A DNA stretch of 64,000 nucleotides from Candidatus Woesearchaeota archaeon (GTDB taxonomy: Archaea > Nanobdellota > Nanobdellia > Pacearchaeales > GW2011-AR1): contig CAZNUV010000001.1 in assembly GCA_964576755.1 (NCBI GenBank), positions 40,883-104,882 of the forward strand. The letters are read 5' to 3'. The notes beneath the pieces are model-generated. The model was not told the origin of the DNA and made no database searches. It saw only the letters and a program-made list of their open reading frames with translations. Shown piece after piece: positions 47,691 through 57,664 of this stretch. A program made the position numbers and the translations under genes. Numbering within the stretch: position 1 is the first letter of the stretch; each line of letters opens with the position of its first letter.

Positions 47691-48784
47691 AATCTCAGTT
47701 AATCATTTGTATTGATGGTATGGGAAAAGACTTAATTTCAAAGGAAAATACACCTTTCTTATATGATTTTGGAAAGAAAAATTGTTCTTTAGAATTAAAG
47801 ACATTATTTGCTTTTACTGGATTAGAATATTGCTTTTTTACTGGAGAAAATCCTGAAAAGTCTAAAATTTGGTTAGAATTTATTAAATCTGATAGATCTA
47901 TTTTTAATAATTCTGTCTTAAAATTCCTTTCGTTCAACAAAAAAATAAGAACTTATTTTGGAGCTTTAATACAACTAATAAATGGCCGTACTTTTATTTC
48001 TGGATTACACAATATTCCAAAAAATAAATTAAAATATTTTGATTCTTCTATCAAACAAGGTCTATGGAAATTAGATTTTTTTAAAAATAAAAAATTCTGT
48101 TTCTATAAATGGCCTTTTTTTGTAACTGAAAACAAGAAAAAAATGATTTTGAAATATGAATCAGATGGGGGTCGGTTAAAAAGATTGCTAAATGCTAATA
48201 AAAAGGAAATTTATTATACCCAACTAATGGAAATTGATAAGACAATACATAAATATGGGAAAAAACATAAAAAAACAAAAGAAGTTTTGAAAAAGATAGA
48301 TTCTCTTATTGAAATCTATGCTCAGGATTACTTAAATAAAAATAAATCTGGAGAGATATTTATCTGGTCAGACCATGGTTTTGCAGATGTTAAAAATTAT
48401 ATAAATCTCTTTAAGTTTTTGCCGAATAGAAAGGACTATACCTATTTTATTGCTGGAACAACAGTTCATTTTTGGTATAAAAATAAAGAAATTAAAAAAG
48501 AAATACTAAAAAGTCTAAAATCAGTTAAAAATTTAAATATTTTGGATAAAAATTCTGCAAAAAAGTACCATATTCCTTTAGATGAAAAATACGGAAATCT
48601 TATTTTTTATCTAACAAAAAATAATTATTTTTTCCCAAATTTCTATCAAATGAGGGATTTAGAGAGATTTAAGAGCATGCATGGATATCCTGACAATAAA
48701 GAACTTAATGGATTTTTAATAACAAACAAAAGGATAAAACAAAAGGCTTTAAAAATAGAAGATGTTATTGAAATTTTGCGATGA
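47687..48784 (+). CDS. alkaline-phosphatase superfamily protein (type I phosphodiesterase/NPP-like)
   Basis: LIICIDGMGKDLI (metal-binding D near N-terminus)...IWSDHGF (DHG motif). ATG at 47687 overlaps the upstream stop (ATGA). Confidence 0.55.
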   Translation: MKSQLIICIDGMGKDLISKENTPFLYDFGKKNCSLELKTLFAFTGLEYCFFTGENPEKSKIWLEFIKSDRSIFNNSVLKFLSFNKKIRTYFGALIQLINGRTFISGLHNIPKNKLKYFDSSIKQGLWKLDFFKNKKFCFYKWPFFVTENKKKMILKYESDGGRLKRLLNANKKEIYYTQLMEIDKTIHKYGKKHKKTKEVLKKIDSLIEIYAQDYLNKNKSGEIFIWSDHGFADVKNYINLFKFLPNRKDYTYFIAGTTVHFWYKNKEIKKEILKSLKSVKNLNILDKNSAKKYHIPLDEKYGNLIFYLTKNNYFFPNFYQMRDLERFKSMHGYPDNKELNGFLITNKRIKQKALKIEDVIEILR

Positions 48785-50259
48785 AACAACACAAAAAAAG
48801 ACCAGAAGTTTGTTTAATAAACCCCCCTTTAGATAAAAAGACTTCAAGCAAATTTCCCATGTCAGGGGTTCCATTAGGTATTGCATGTCTAGCCGCATAT
48901 CTAAGAGAGAAAAATATCCCTTCTCAAGTGATAGATGCCCCAATTATGGGATATAATATCCCTCAAACAGCAATAAATGCTATTAAAAGTGGGGCAAAGA
49001 TCATAGGTATAAGTTGTTTAACTGAGAATAGATATGCTGCACTAAAAACCTTAAAAGAAATTAAAAAAATAAGGCCTCAAATAATTACAATAATTGGAGG
49101 GTTACATGCTACTTTTTCTGATGAATCAATACTAAAAAATTATCCTTTTGTGGACATTGTTGTTAGGGGAGAGGGGGAAAAAACTCTCTATGAATTAGTA
49201 AAAGAATTTCAAAAGAAAAATCCTAATTTAAAAAAAATAGATGGGATTTCATATAAAGAAGACAAAAAAATTATTGTTAATCAACCAAGAGCTTTTATGA
49301 GTGAAATAGAAAGTCTTCCATATCCTGCATATGACTTATTCCCTATGAAAAGATACCCTCTTCCTCCAGATGTTAAGATAAAAATTAATCAAACTGCCCA
49401 AGTAACAACTTCAAGGGGATGTCCAATGGGTTGCAAATTTTGTGAAACAACACACGCTTGGGGGAAAAATATTAGAAGTACTTCTGCAAAAAAACTTTTT
49501 GAAATTATAGAACATTTGTATAAAACATATGGTATTGATTATATCCGGTTTGCTGATGATTTATTTACAATGAGACGAAGTAAGGTAATGGAATTCTGTG
49601 AATTGCTTATTGAAAGTAAACTCCCAATAAAATTTAGAATACAGGCGAGGGTGGATACAGTAGACTTGGAGGAATTAAATTTACTTAAAAAAGCCGGATG
49701 TGATCTAGTAGAATATGGTGCAGAATCTGGTTCAAATAAAGTTTTAGAAGCAGTTGGAAAAAATATTACTATTCAAAAAATAAAAAAGGCAGTGGATATT
49801 ACTAGGCAAGCAGGAATTGAAGTAAAATATTTCTTAATTGTAGGATCTTTAGAAGAAACTCCAAAAGAAACCTGGGAAACATTTGAACTAATAAAGAATA
49901 CTCGTCCTGATTGGATTGGAATAAATCCATTAACTATTTACCCTGGAACTGCAGTCTATGAAATTGCAACAAAACAAAATTTGGTTAATGAAGACATATG
50001 GCTAAAATATATTAATCCAAAAACAGGCAATTCTCCACTTTATAATAAAAATTATTCTGATAAAGAATTGATATTTCTTGCCCAATTAGGACATGTTTGG
50101 GGTTGTAGAAATTCTCCAAAAAGAGAAGAGTATCCGTTTATAGAAAAAGTTTTAGCAAAAATACTAAATGAAAAATTTGCAAAGATACTTGTGAAAAATA
50201 AACTAATAAGAAAAATAAGTGCAAATATTGCATGGGTATTTTCTGATCTTTTACAATGA
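48781..50259 (+). CDS. cobalamin-binding domain radical SAM protein (class B-like), paralog 2
   Basis: N-terminal B12-binding-like domain (VIDAP...IGISCLT). SRGCPMGCKFC (CX3CX2C). Confidence 0.8.
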   Translation: MKQHKKRPEVCLINPPLDKKTSSKFPMSGVPLGIACLAAYLREKNIPSQVIDAPIMGYNIPQTAINAIKSGAKIIGISCLTENRYAALKTLKEIKKIRPQIITIIGGLHATFSDESILKNYPFVDIVVRGEGEKTLYELVKEFQKKNPNLKKIDGISYKEDKKIIVNQPRAFMSEIESLPYPAYDLFPMKRYPLPPDVKIKINQTAQVTTSRGCPMGCKFCETTHAWGKNIRSTSAKKLFEIIEHLYKTYGIDYIRFADDLFTMRRSKVMEFCELLIESKLPIKFRIQARVDTVDLEELNLLKKAGCDLVEYGAESGSNKVLEAVGKNITIQKIKKAVDITRQAGIEVKYFLIVGSLEETPKETWETFELIKNTRPDWIGINPLTIYPGTAVYEIATKQNLVNEDIWLKYINPKTGNSPLYNKNYSDKELIFLAQLGHVWGCRNSPKREEYPFIEKVLAKILNEKFAKILVKNKLIRKISANIAWVFSDLLQ

Positions 50260-51266
50260 GAATATTGGTAACTGGTGCAACAGGATTTATTGGAAGTCAT
50301 TTAGTTGAAAAACTAGCTAAAGAAGGCCATAAAATAAGAATACTTGTGAAAAAAAAGGAAGAGAATATTAGTCTTAGAAATGAAACTCTAAAGATACTCA
50401 AAGAATTAAATGTAGATATGCAAATAGGAGATTTGGAGGATAGATTATCTTTAGAGGGAATTACAAAAGACATAGATGTTGTTTTTCATTTAGGAGCTAT
50501 TGCAAGGCCAATGGCAATACCTAATAGAAGGTACTTTGAAGTAAATGAAAAAGGGACATTAAACTTATTAGAAGTCTGTAAAAATAAAAAAATAAAAAAA
50601 ATAGTTATTATGAGTAGTGTCTCTGCTGTAGGTCCTACTAAGGATGGTAATGCTGTAAATGAAAAAACAAGGTGTATGCCTGTGGATACTTATGGTTGGA
50701 GCAAATTAGCTCAAGAAAAAGTTGCTGAAAAATATTTTAAAGAATATAACATGCCTATTGTTTTATTAAGACCTCCAATGGTTTTTGGACCAAGAGATAT
50801 GGAGATGCTAAAATTATTTAAGGCTGTTGATAAAAGATTTTTTCCTATTCATTGTGATAAAAAAGTAATGGAATTTCTGTATGTTAAAAATTTAGTTAAC
50901 GCATGTATCCTAGCTATGGAAAATGGGAAAAACGGAGAAACATATCATATAACTAATGGAGAACATTATAGTATCAACGAGATAATTAGGGCTATGGAAA
51001 AGGCTAAAAAAAAGAGAGTGTTTCCAATAAAGTTTCCTAAGTGGAGTTTTGTTTTAGTGGGAGGATTTTTAGAAATTTTAGGTAATATTTTTAATTTTAG
51101 ACCCCCATTCAGACATGATACTATTAAATGGATGACTGAAAAATTCTGGTATAGTGATATGTCTAAAGCTAGAAGAGAATTAGATTATAATCCTAAGATT
51201 AGCTTAGAAGAAGGAATAAGGGAAACAGCTGAATATTATGAAAAAAGGGGGTTAATAAATAGATAA
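50256..51266 (+). CDS. NAD-dependent sugar epimerase/dehydratase (SDR family)
   Basis: ILVTGATGFIGSHLVEKL Rossmann motif. YxxxK region (YGWSK). Confidence 0.85.
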   Translation: MRILVTGATGFIGSHLVEKLAKEGHKIRILVKKKEENISLRNETLKILKELNVDMQIGDLEDRLSLEGITKDIDVVFHLGAIARPMAIPNRRYFEVNEKGTLNLLEVCKNKKIKKIVIMSSVSAVGPTKDGNAVNEKTRCMPVDTYGWSKLAQEKVAEKYFKEYNMPIVLLRPPMVFGPRDMEMLKLFKAVDKRFFPIHCDKKVMEFLYVKNLVNACILAMENGKNGETYHITNGEHYSINEIIRAMEKAKKKRVFPIKFPKWSFVLVGGFLEILGNIFNFRPPFRHDTIKWMTEKFWYSDMSKARRELDYNPKISLEEGIRETAEYYEKRGLINR

Positions 51267-51284
51267 TAGGGAATTATTTTTAAA

Positions 51285-52688
51285 ATGATAGACATATTAT
51301 TAATTAATCCTTCCAGTATTGCTGTCCAAAACAATCCTATCCCTTTTGGGTTAACTTATATGGCAAGTTATTTAGAAGAAAATGGTTTTTCAGTAAGAAT
51401 CCTTGATCTTTCAGTTCATAAAATGAATGAAAAACAAGTAATGAATTACATAAAAAAAGTAAATCCAAAAAATGTTGGGATATCTTGTATGTCTGTACAT
51501 ATTAATTTTGTAAAAAACATTTCTAAAAAAATAAAAGAAGATTTTAAAGGAATTAGAATAATTGTTGGGGGGATACACCCCACTGCTCTTCCAGAAAAAA
51601 GTTTGAAAGAAATGGAAAATGTAGATGTTTTTGTTTTAGGGGAAGGAGAAGAAACTATTCTAGATTTAATGAAAAATAAAAAACTAGAAAAAATTAATGG
51701 AATAGCTTATATTAAGAAATGTAAATTAAAAATAAATAGTATTAGGGGGTTTATAGAAGACCTTGATAAATTACCATTTCCTGCAAGACATTTACTCCCC
51801 GATATTAAAAATTATAGCCTTGGGTTTGATTGGGAAGGAAGAAAACCAGATGCGACAATATTTAGTAGCAGAGGATGTCCATTCAATTGTATTTATTGTG
51901 CAAGTAAAGTTATGTGGAATCAAAGAGTAAGATTTAGATCTGCTGAAAATGTCTTAAAAGAGATAGACTTTTTAGTTAAAAAATATAAAATAAAAGAAGT
52001 TTTGTTTTATGATGATCATTTTCTGCTCAATAAAAAAAGATTGGGAGATATCTGCAAGGGATTAATAAAAAGAAATTATGATTTAACCTGGTGTTGTTTA
52101 TCTCGAGTTGATAGTATTGATTTTAAGACACTAAAACTAATGAAACAATCTGGATGCCATATGATTAGTTTTGGTGTTGAAAGCGGAAGCCAAAGAATCC
52201 TAGAAAATTTGGGGAAAAACGTAAAAGTTGAAACTATCACAAAAGCTTTTGATATTTGTAAAAAAGTTGGTATAAATACAAAAGCCTCTTTTATTTTTGG
52301 CTCTCCTGGAGAAGATTTTGAAAGTATAAAAGAAACACAAAACCTAATTAAAAGAATACTCCCTGATTATGTTTGGTTATTTATAATGACTCCCATGCCT
52401 GGGACTAAATTGTATAAATTGCATGAAGAAACAGGTATTGCTTCAGATGATTGGGGAATGTATGACCAAACAACATATGATAAGTTTTATGGGACTAATC
52501 TTAAATATAGAGACCTAAGAAAGGCTGTTGCAGAAACCTATAAATCATATTATTTAAGTTTAAACTATTTAATATCTCAAATAAAAAAATTGAGTTTTAG
52601 AAAAATAAAGGTATATTTTAGTTTATTAAGAAGAGTAGTTTATGTTATGAACTATATCAATGTTGGAAGGGTAAAGAAAAAGGCATGA
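51285..52688 (+). CDS. cobalamin-binding domain radical SAM protein (class B-like), paralog 3
   Basis: SSRGCPFNCIYCAS (CX3CX2C). N-terminal B12-binding-like domain. FGVESGSQ. Confidence 0.8.
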   Translation: MIDILLINPSSIAVQNNPIPFGLTYMASYLEENGFSVRILDLSVHKMNEKQVMNYIKKVNPKNVGISCMSVHINFVKNISKKIKEDFKGIRIIVGGIHPTALPEKSLKEMENVDVFVLGEGEETILDLMKNKKLEKINGIAYIKKCKLKINSIRGFIEDLDKLPFPARHLLPDIKNYSLGFDWEGRKPDATIFSSRGCPFNCIYCASKVMWNQRVRFRSAENVLKEIDFLVKKYKIKEVLFYDDHFLLNKKRLGDICKGLIKRNYDLTWCCLSRVDSIDFKTLKLMKQSGCHMISFGVESGSQRILENLGKNVKVETITKAFDICKKVGINTKASFIFGSPGEDFESIKETQNLIKRILPDYVWLFIMTPMPGTKLYKLHEETGIASDDWGMYDQTTYDKFYGTNLKYRDLRKAVAETYKSYYLSLNYLISQIKKLSFRKIKVYFSLLRRVVYVMNYINVGRVKKKA

Positions 52689-52708
52689 ATTTATAGAGTT
52701 TTTAAGGA

Positions 52709-54319
52709 TTAAACAGTGTTTATTAAAGAATAATTAAGATTATTCCTAGAAGAATAGTCAAATTTATAAATAACTATCAATGGTTGTTGATTTTCTGGAT
52801 AAGCTTTTACAGGAATAATCCAGTCTTTGTTGTCTTCAATATACCCATTCACCCATTCTGGGTGGGGCTGAAATCCAGAGATAATTAAAAAAACAGGCCT
52901 ATCTCTTTCAACAAACTCTTCAAATTGAGTTTTGTTTCTCGGAGTACCCATTTCTGGATCTCCCTCTGTTTCAAAAGTAGAAATAGGTCTTTCAGAATAA
53001 TATGAAATTTGAGGAAAAGAAGTAGTGACTATATAATCTCCCTGATTTGAATTTGCTTTTACCCACAACCCTGCTTGTTTAACCTCTAAATAAGAAGTAC
53101 TCTTATTCTCAATAAGGCTTTTTGCCCATAAAATATTGGGGATAAGTGATAGAACTAATAATAACAATACTAAAAAAAGAACAATATTCTTGTTCTGTTT
53201 TTTAAAAAAATCTTCGATTTTTTCAAAGGTAGTTGCAACCATTAAAAACAAAAATGGTAAAAGGGCCATTACATATCTCTGCTCTACATATTGAGTTATC
53301 TTCCCAAGGATAACATAAGGAATAACTATCATTAAGAAAACAAATAATTTTTTTTGTACTTCTTTATCTTTAAATATTTTATCCAATCCTAAAAATAAAT
53401 CTAAAAAGAATATAAACGCCCCAATTAAAAAAATAACAAAAACTATTTTTGTTAATAAATAAGGTAAATCTAAAAAATAATTAAAGAATGAGATAAAAGA
53501 AGTTTTTGCAGCAGCTGCAGTAACTGTTGGGTCTGATCCAATTCCAAAATAGTGCCCTAAAATATCTATTAAGAAAAATGTTTTATATTTAATACTATAA
53601 AGAACCATATGGGGAATCAATACACAAACAAACAAGAGTAAAGATATCCATAAACTTTTATTTTTTATAAAACTAAATTTTTCTTTTGCTAAAATAAACA
53701 AAAATAAGGGCAGTGTAAACATTAGATACTGGAATCTAGTCAATACAGCTAATCCTAAAAATAAAGCAAATAGGTAGGTAAATTTATTTCCTTGTTTTAA
53801 AACATAACCTTTCCAAAAAAAGAGGAGGGCTGTAAGAAGGAAAAAAGATGCAGGAATAGATGTCATTGGCCGGCCTGTAAAAAATAAAAAAACCCAAGAA
53901 AAAGTTAATCCGATAGAAGTTAATAATGCAAGTTTTTTATTAAACATATTTTTTATTAAAAAATAAGAAACAAATACAATTCCTGTAGAGAATATTACTT
54001 CTAAAAATCTTATTCCCCCTTCTCCAAGGTTTAGCTTAAAGATTATTGCAGGGATTAAGGCCCATAAAAAAGCTCTTCTATAATACCAAATATCATTCAT
54101 ACCTAATCCAAATGCCCATCTTTTTGCAGTTGATAAATAAGTAGCAGTATCCCACCAAATTGCCTGATCGCGAGTTTGTAAAAATATCCAAAATCTTATT
54201 GCAAAGGCGAGAATAAGAATAACTAAGAATATTTTATCATAGTTATCTTCAATCCAACCGAATAAAAAATTGTTTAATTTATTCTTTCTATTTTCTATAT
54301 CCTCTTTAGTATTACTCAT
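52709..54319 (-). CDS. GT-C fold glycosyltransferase (ArnT/PMT-like, family 39/83-like) membrane protein
   Basis: About 12 TM helices N-terminal. Periplasmic-type C-terminal domain. Dol-P/Und-P-sugar dependent GT-C pattern. Confidence 0.55.
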   Translation of the reverse strand: MSNTKEDIENRKNKLNNFLFGWIEDNYDKIFLVILILAFAIRFWIFLQTRDQAIWWDTATYLSTAKRWAFGLGMNDIWYYRRAFLWALIPAIIFKLNLGEGGIRFLEVIFSTGIVFVSYFLIKNMFNKKLALLTSIGLTFSWVFLFFTGRPMTSIPASFFLLTALLFFWKGYVLKQGNKFTYLFALFLGLAVLTRFQYLMFTLPLFLFILAKEKFSFIKNKSLWISLLLFVCVLIPHMVLYSIKYKTFFLIDILGHYFGIGSDPTVTAAAAKTSFISFFNYFLDLPYLLTKIVFVIFLIGAFIFFLDLFLGLDKIFKDKEVQKKLFVFLMIVIPYVILGKITQYVEQRYVMALLPFLFLMVATTFEKIEDFFKKQNKNIVLFLVLLLLVLSLIPNILWAKSLIENKSTSYLEVKQAGLWVKANSNQGDYIVTTSFPQISYYSERPISTFETEGDPEMGTPRNKTQFEEFVERDRPVFLIISGFQPHPEWVNGYIEDNKDWIIPVKAYPENQQPLIVIYKFDYSSRNNLNYSLINTV

Positions 54320-55316
54320 TTTTATATAAATTATCTAATGCTTTTAAAACTTCTTCTACAGAAACACTTTTGATTAACTCCTCATTATATTGGTCCATTT
54401 TATTTGGGAAAAATTCTCCTTGTTTTGGAGATACTATTTTTGTTAATAACCCCTCATAGTCTTCAACCTCATCCGGAGAGGTACAAAAAAACAATCCAAT
54501 AGTTGGTTTTTTTAATCCTAAGGCAATATGTAATGCCAAACTATCTGAACATACCATGGCTTTACAATTATTGACTAATGAAGCAAACTCTAAGAGACTA
54601 TTATTAGGATTATTTTTGTGAATGTTTAATCCCTTGTTTTTTAATTCATTAAATATATCTTCTTGTTCTTTTGGTTCATTAGGGCCTCCAAAAAGTAATA
54701 TTTCTTTTCCTTTTTCAGATAATTTTTTTATAAATTCTTTTAAATTATCTAAATGCCATTTTTTAGAAGGCCATCTAGAAGAAGCACCTAAATGAATTCC
54801 AATTAGATTTTCAGGATTTATATTGTTGTGTTTTATAAATTCATTAGCATATTTTTTGTGTTTTTCCCCTAATTCGATTGAATGGTGTTGTTTTTTATAA
54901 GGTAATTCTGCTGTTTCAAACATCATCTGTTGATAAGTTTTTCTATTAGATTTTTTAATTTCATCATCAAATAAGGTATTAAGATAGTATTCGGCAGGCA
55001 GATTAAATGCTACTGGGAAATTATCTTCAGAATAGAATCCATATTTCTCTTTAGCAATTATTTTTTCTGCCAAGGTTGTAGCTTCTTTATCAATATCAAA
55101 ATTATACAAAATATCAAATTCTTCTACAGGCTCATAAGGGAGAGTAAAAACCTTGTCTACATATTGGCTTTGATTAACAATCTCTAAACTATTATCTTTA
55201 GTAATCCAAGTTATTTCTGAATCAGGGTATTTCTCTTTAATCCCTAATAAAAGAGATAATGTTCTGACTACATCTCCTAATGCGCCTAGTTTAATTATAA
55301 CAATCTTTTTTCTCAT
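54312..55316 (-). CDS. family 9 glycosyltransferase (heptosyltransferase-like)
   Basis: IVIIKLGALGDVVRTLSLL is the GT9 N-terminal signature. GT-B fold. Confidence 0.75.
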   Translation of the reverse strand: MRKKIVIIKLGALGDVVRTLSLLLGIKEKYPDSEITWITKDNSLEIVNQSQYVDKVFTLPYEPVEEFDILYNFDIDKEATTLAEKIIAKEKYGFYSEDNFPVAFNLPAEYYLNTLFDDEIKKSNRKTYQQMMFETAELPYKKQHHSIELGEKHKKYANEFIKHNNINPENLIGIHLGASSRWPSKKWHLDNLKEFIKKLSEKGKEILLFGGPNEPKEQEDIFNELKNKGLNIHKNNPNNSLLEFASLVNNCKAMVCSDSLALHIALGLKKPTIGLFFCTSPDEVEDYEGLLTKIVSPKQGEFFPNKMDQYNEELIKSVSVEEVLKALDNLYKNE

Positions 55317-55377
55317 TTTTTAAATTTAAACCCCTAGGTATAGTAAACTTTATAATTTGGAAGAATATATAAGGTTT

Positions 55378-55791
55378 ATGAAAGCATATATTGCCGGACC
55401 GCTATGTACTGAAAAAGATAGGAAATTTGTTGAAAAGATGTCTAGATTATGTGAATCTCTTAGGATTAAAACTTTTCTTCCACATAGAGACTGTGGATTA
55501 TGGAAAAACATTAAAGATACAAAAAGGATTGCAGAAGGAGATCTTAATGGGTTTAAAGACTGTAACCTGGTTGTTGCTAGTTTGAACGGATTTGGAGTGG
55601 GTACAGGAACTGCATGGGAAATGGGATATGCTTATTCTAAAAAACTTCCAATTATTGCTATAAAAACTGATAGAAAAATAGAAAAATCAATAGAGGAAAT
55701 AAGTGCAATTATCATGGGTACAACAAAGATTGTTTCAAATTTTAAAGATTTAGAAAGAGAAATTAAAAAGATAATAAAAAATAAGAACTAA
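55378..55791 (+). CDS. nucleoside 2-deoxyribosyltransferase / DNPH1-like family protein
   Basis: YIAGPL near N-terminus. GVGTGTAWEMGYAY (D/GTAFExG nucleophile motif). The track start at 55357 is TTG; ATG at 55378 preferred. Confidence 0.65.
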   Translation: MKAYIAGPLCTEKDRKFVEKMSRLCESLRIKTFLPHRDCGLWKNIKDTKRIAEGDLNGFKDCNLVVASLNGFGVGTGTAWEMGYAYSKKLPIIAIKTDRKIEKSIEEISAIIMGTTKIVSNFKDLEREIKKIIKNKN

Positions 55792-56690
55792 TCTAGGGGT
55801 TTTGTTGATTTAATCTCTATTTCTCTCCAACCATCATTATATTTAGACTTTTGTCGTATTTTTCTAAAAGCATGAAGATAAATATAAGATCTTGCCAAGA
55901 ATAATTCTAAAGTCCACCAAAATTCTTTGAAATTTTTTGGATATTTTAAAGAAAATATTGCTCCAAATTTTAGTTCATTAAAAAAAGATTTTGTTCTAGG
56001 CATATTAGGAGCTATTTTATTTAGGTTCTCATGAGCAAGGATGTTTCTAATCTTCTGATTAGTCCAATCTTTCCAATTATTAGGGTTTTTAACATAAACT
56101 TCTGCTTTTGGAACATAACCAATTTTATATCCTTTTTCCCAAAATAAAAAGGGGATAATACTATCTTCAGAAGTTTCTAAAGGAAAATCAAAAATTACTC
56201 CCTTTCTTATAGCAAATAAATAACCAGAACATTCAAAAAACTTTTTCTGTAAGGCTAGTTTTTTCCTTACATTATCAATCCCTGCAAAGAGTAAATGAGA
56301 CCAGTATCCATATTTTGTTGTTTTGCTATCTATAGAAACTGGTTTTCCTGTAATACATCCAATTTTTTTGTTCTCAAAAGCATACAATATCTCAAAAACA
56401 GTATTCTCAGAAACATAAACATCTCCATCAGTTAAAATAAATATATCTTCCTTATCTTTTGAAGAATATTCTTGGAATAAAAGGTTTAGGGCATAAGATT
56501 TTCCCTCACCAGGATCTAAAAAAAAACAGAATCTCTTATCTTTTATTTTTGATTTTAAAAATTTCTCTACTTCAGGAAAGGGATCTACAACAGTGACCCT
56601 AATCTTTTTACTTTTATTCATTAAGAAAACTTCTGCTGCCCGAAGTGTAGCTTTAGGCTCATTATAAGAAGTAATTATTATGTCTATCAT
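55788..56690 (-). CDS. family 2 glycosyltransferase
   Basis: IDIIITSYNE...ILTDGDVYV (DxD). Confidence 0.8.
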   Translation of the reverse strand: MIDIIITSYNEPKATLRAAEVFLMNKSKKIRVTVVDPFPEVEKFLKSKIKDKRFCFFLDPGEGKSYALNLLFQEYSSKDKEDIFILTDGDVYVSENTVFEILYAFENKKIGCITGKPVSIDSKTTKYGYWSHLLFAGIDNVRKKLALQKKFFECSGYLFAIRKGVIFDFPLETSEDSIIPFLFWEKGYKIGYVPKAEVYVKNPNNWKDWTNQKIRNILAHENLNKIAPNMPRTKSFFNELKFGAIFSLKYPKNFKEFWWTLELFLARSYIYLHAFRKIRQKSKYNDGWREIEIKSTKPLD

Positions 56691-56703
56691 GTTTTATAAC
56701 CTT

Positions 56704-56898
56704 TTAAGAACAGTTGAATGGATAATCTGCAGGACGAATAAGAACCACTTTCTGTCTGTCTTTTTTAATGGCTTCTATTCTACATTTTCTTGTTCCTTGC
56801 TTACCAATGTCTGAAATCTCTATATTTTCAATTTTTAATTCTTCACCACCAATTAGGACTATATCTCCTTTAACTAGCTCTTTTGCTTTTTTCTTCAT
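56704..56898 (-). CDS. eIF5A N-terminal-domain-like mini-protein (64 aa, no OB domain)
   Basis: MKKKAKELVKGDIVLIGGEELKIENIEISDIGKQGTRKCRIEAIKKDRQKVVLIRP aligns with aIF5A at 10018 (ELRVGSFAMIDGEAFQIKSMDISKTGKHGHAKCRFEAV...KKVLVVP). GKHG is changed to GKQG. Confidence 0.6.
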   Translation of the reverse strand: MKKKAKELVKGDIVLIGGEELKIENIEISDIGKQGTRKCRIEAIKKDRQKVVLIRPADYPFNCS

Positions 56899-56951
56899 AT
56901 TGGTAAGATAAGGTTTAAGCTTATAAAGTTTATTGGTATGTATTTATATAA

Positions 56952-57659
56952 ATGGAAAAGAAACATGCTATAATCTGTTGTTCAGGAGGCCTTGATAGTG
57001 TAATAACTGCACATTATGTTAAAAATCAGTTAAAATATTCTGATTTAATAATCTTGTTTTTTAATTATGGGCAAAAGTCAATTAAGCAAGAGATAAAACT
57101 ATCCAAAACATGTGCAAGAGATTTAAATGCTAAATTTGTTGAAATTAATTTAAAATGGTTAAGTCAAATTTCTAATTCCCTGATAAATAAAAAAGGTAAA
57201 GGTAAAAAACTCACAAAAAAGGATTTGAAAGACACAAAGAAAGAAAGTGAGAAATTTTATGTCCCTTGTAGAAATACTGTCTTTTTAGTAAATGCCCTTG
57301 CATTAGCAGAATCTATTTTTATAGAATCTAAAAAAATTAATGATATCTTTGTAGGATTTAAGTGTGAAGGTAGAGAGAGCTACCCAGATACAACACAGAA
57401 ATTTATTGATGCAATGAATAACCTTGGAAAAGTTGGATGTTCTACAAAATTTCAAATAAAGGCACCTCTAATTAAAAAAGATAAAGAAGATATAGTTAAA
57501 CTTGGAAAAAAGCTAGGTATTAATTTTAAGAAAACTTTTAGTTGTTATATTCCAAACAAGGGTAAACATTGTGGAGATTGTCTTGCTTGTAAATTAAGAC
57601 AACAAGGTTTTTATTGGGCAGGGATAAAAGACCCTACAGAATATTACTCAAAAAAATAA
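56952..57659 (+). CDS. queC: 7-cyano-7-deazaguanine synthase QueC (PP-loop ATPase)
   Basis: PP-loop CSGGLDS. C-terminal zinc site SCYIPNKGKHCGDCLACKLRQQGF. Confidence 0.8.
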   Translation: MEKKHAIICCSGGLDSVITAHYVKNQLKYSDLIILFFNYGQKSIKQEIKLSKTCARDLNAKFVEINLKWLSQISNSLINKKGKGKKLTKKDLKDTKKESEKFYVPCRNTVFLVNALALAESIFIESKKINDIFVGFKCEGRESYPDTTQKFIDAMNNLGKVGCSTKFQIKAPLIKKDKEDIVKLGKKLGINFKKTFSCYIPNKGKHCGDCLACKLRQQGFYWAGIKDPTEYYSKK

Positions 57660-57664
57660 CAAAC

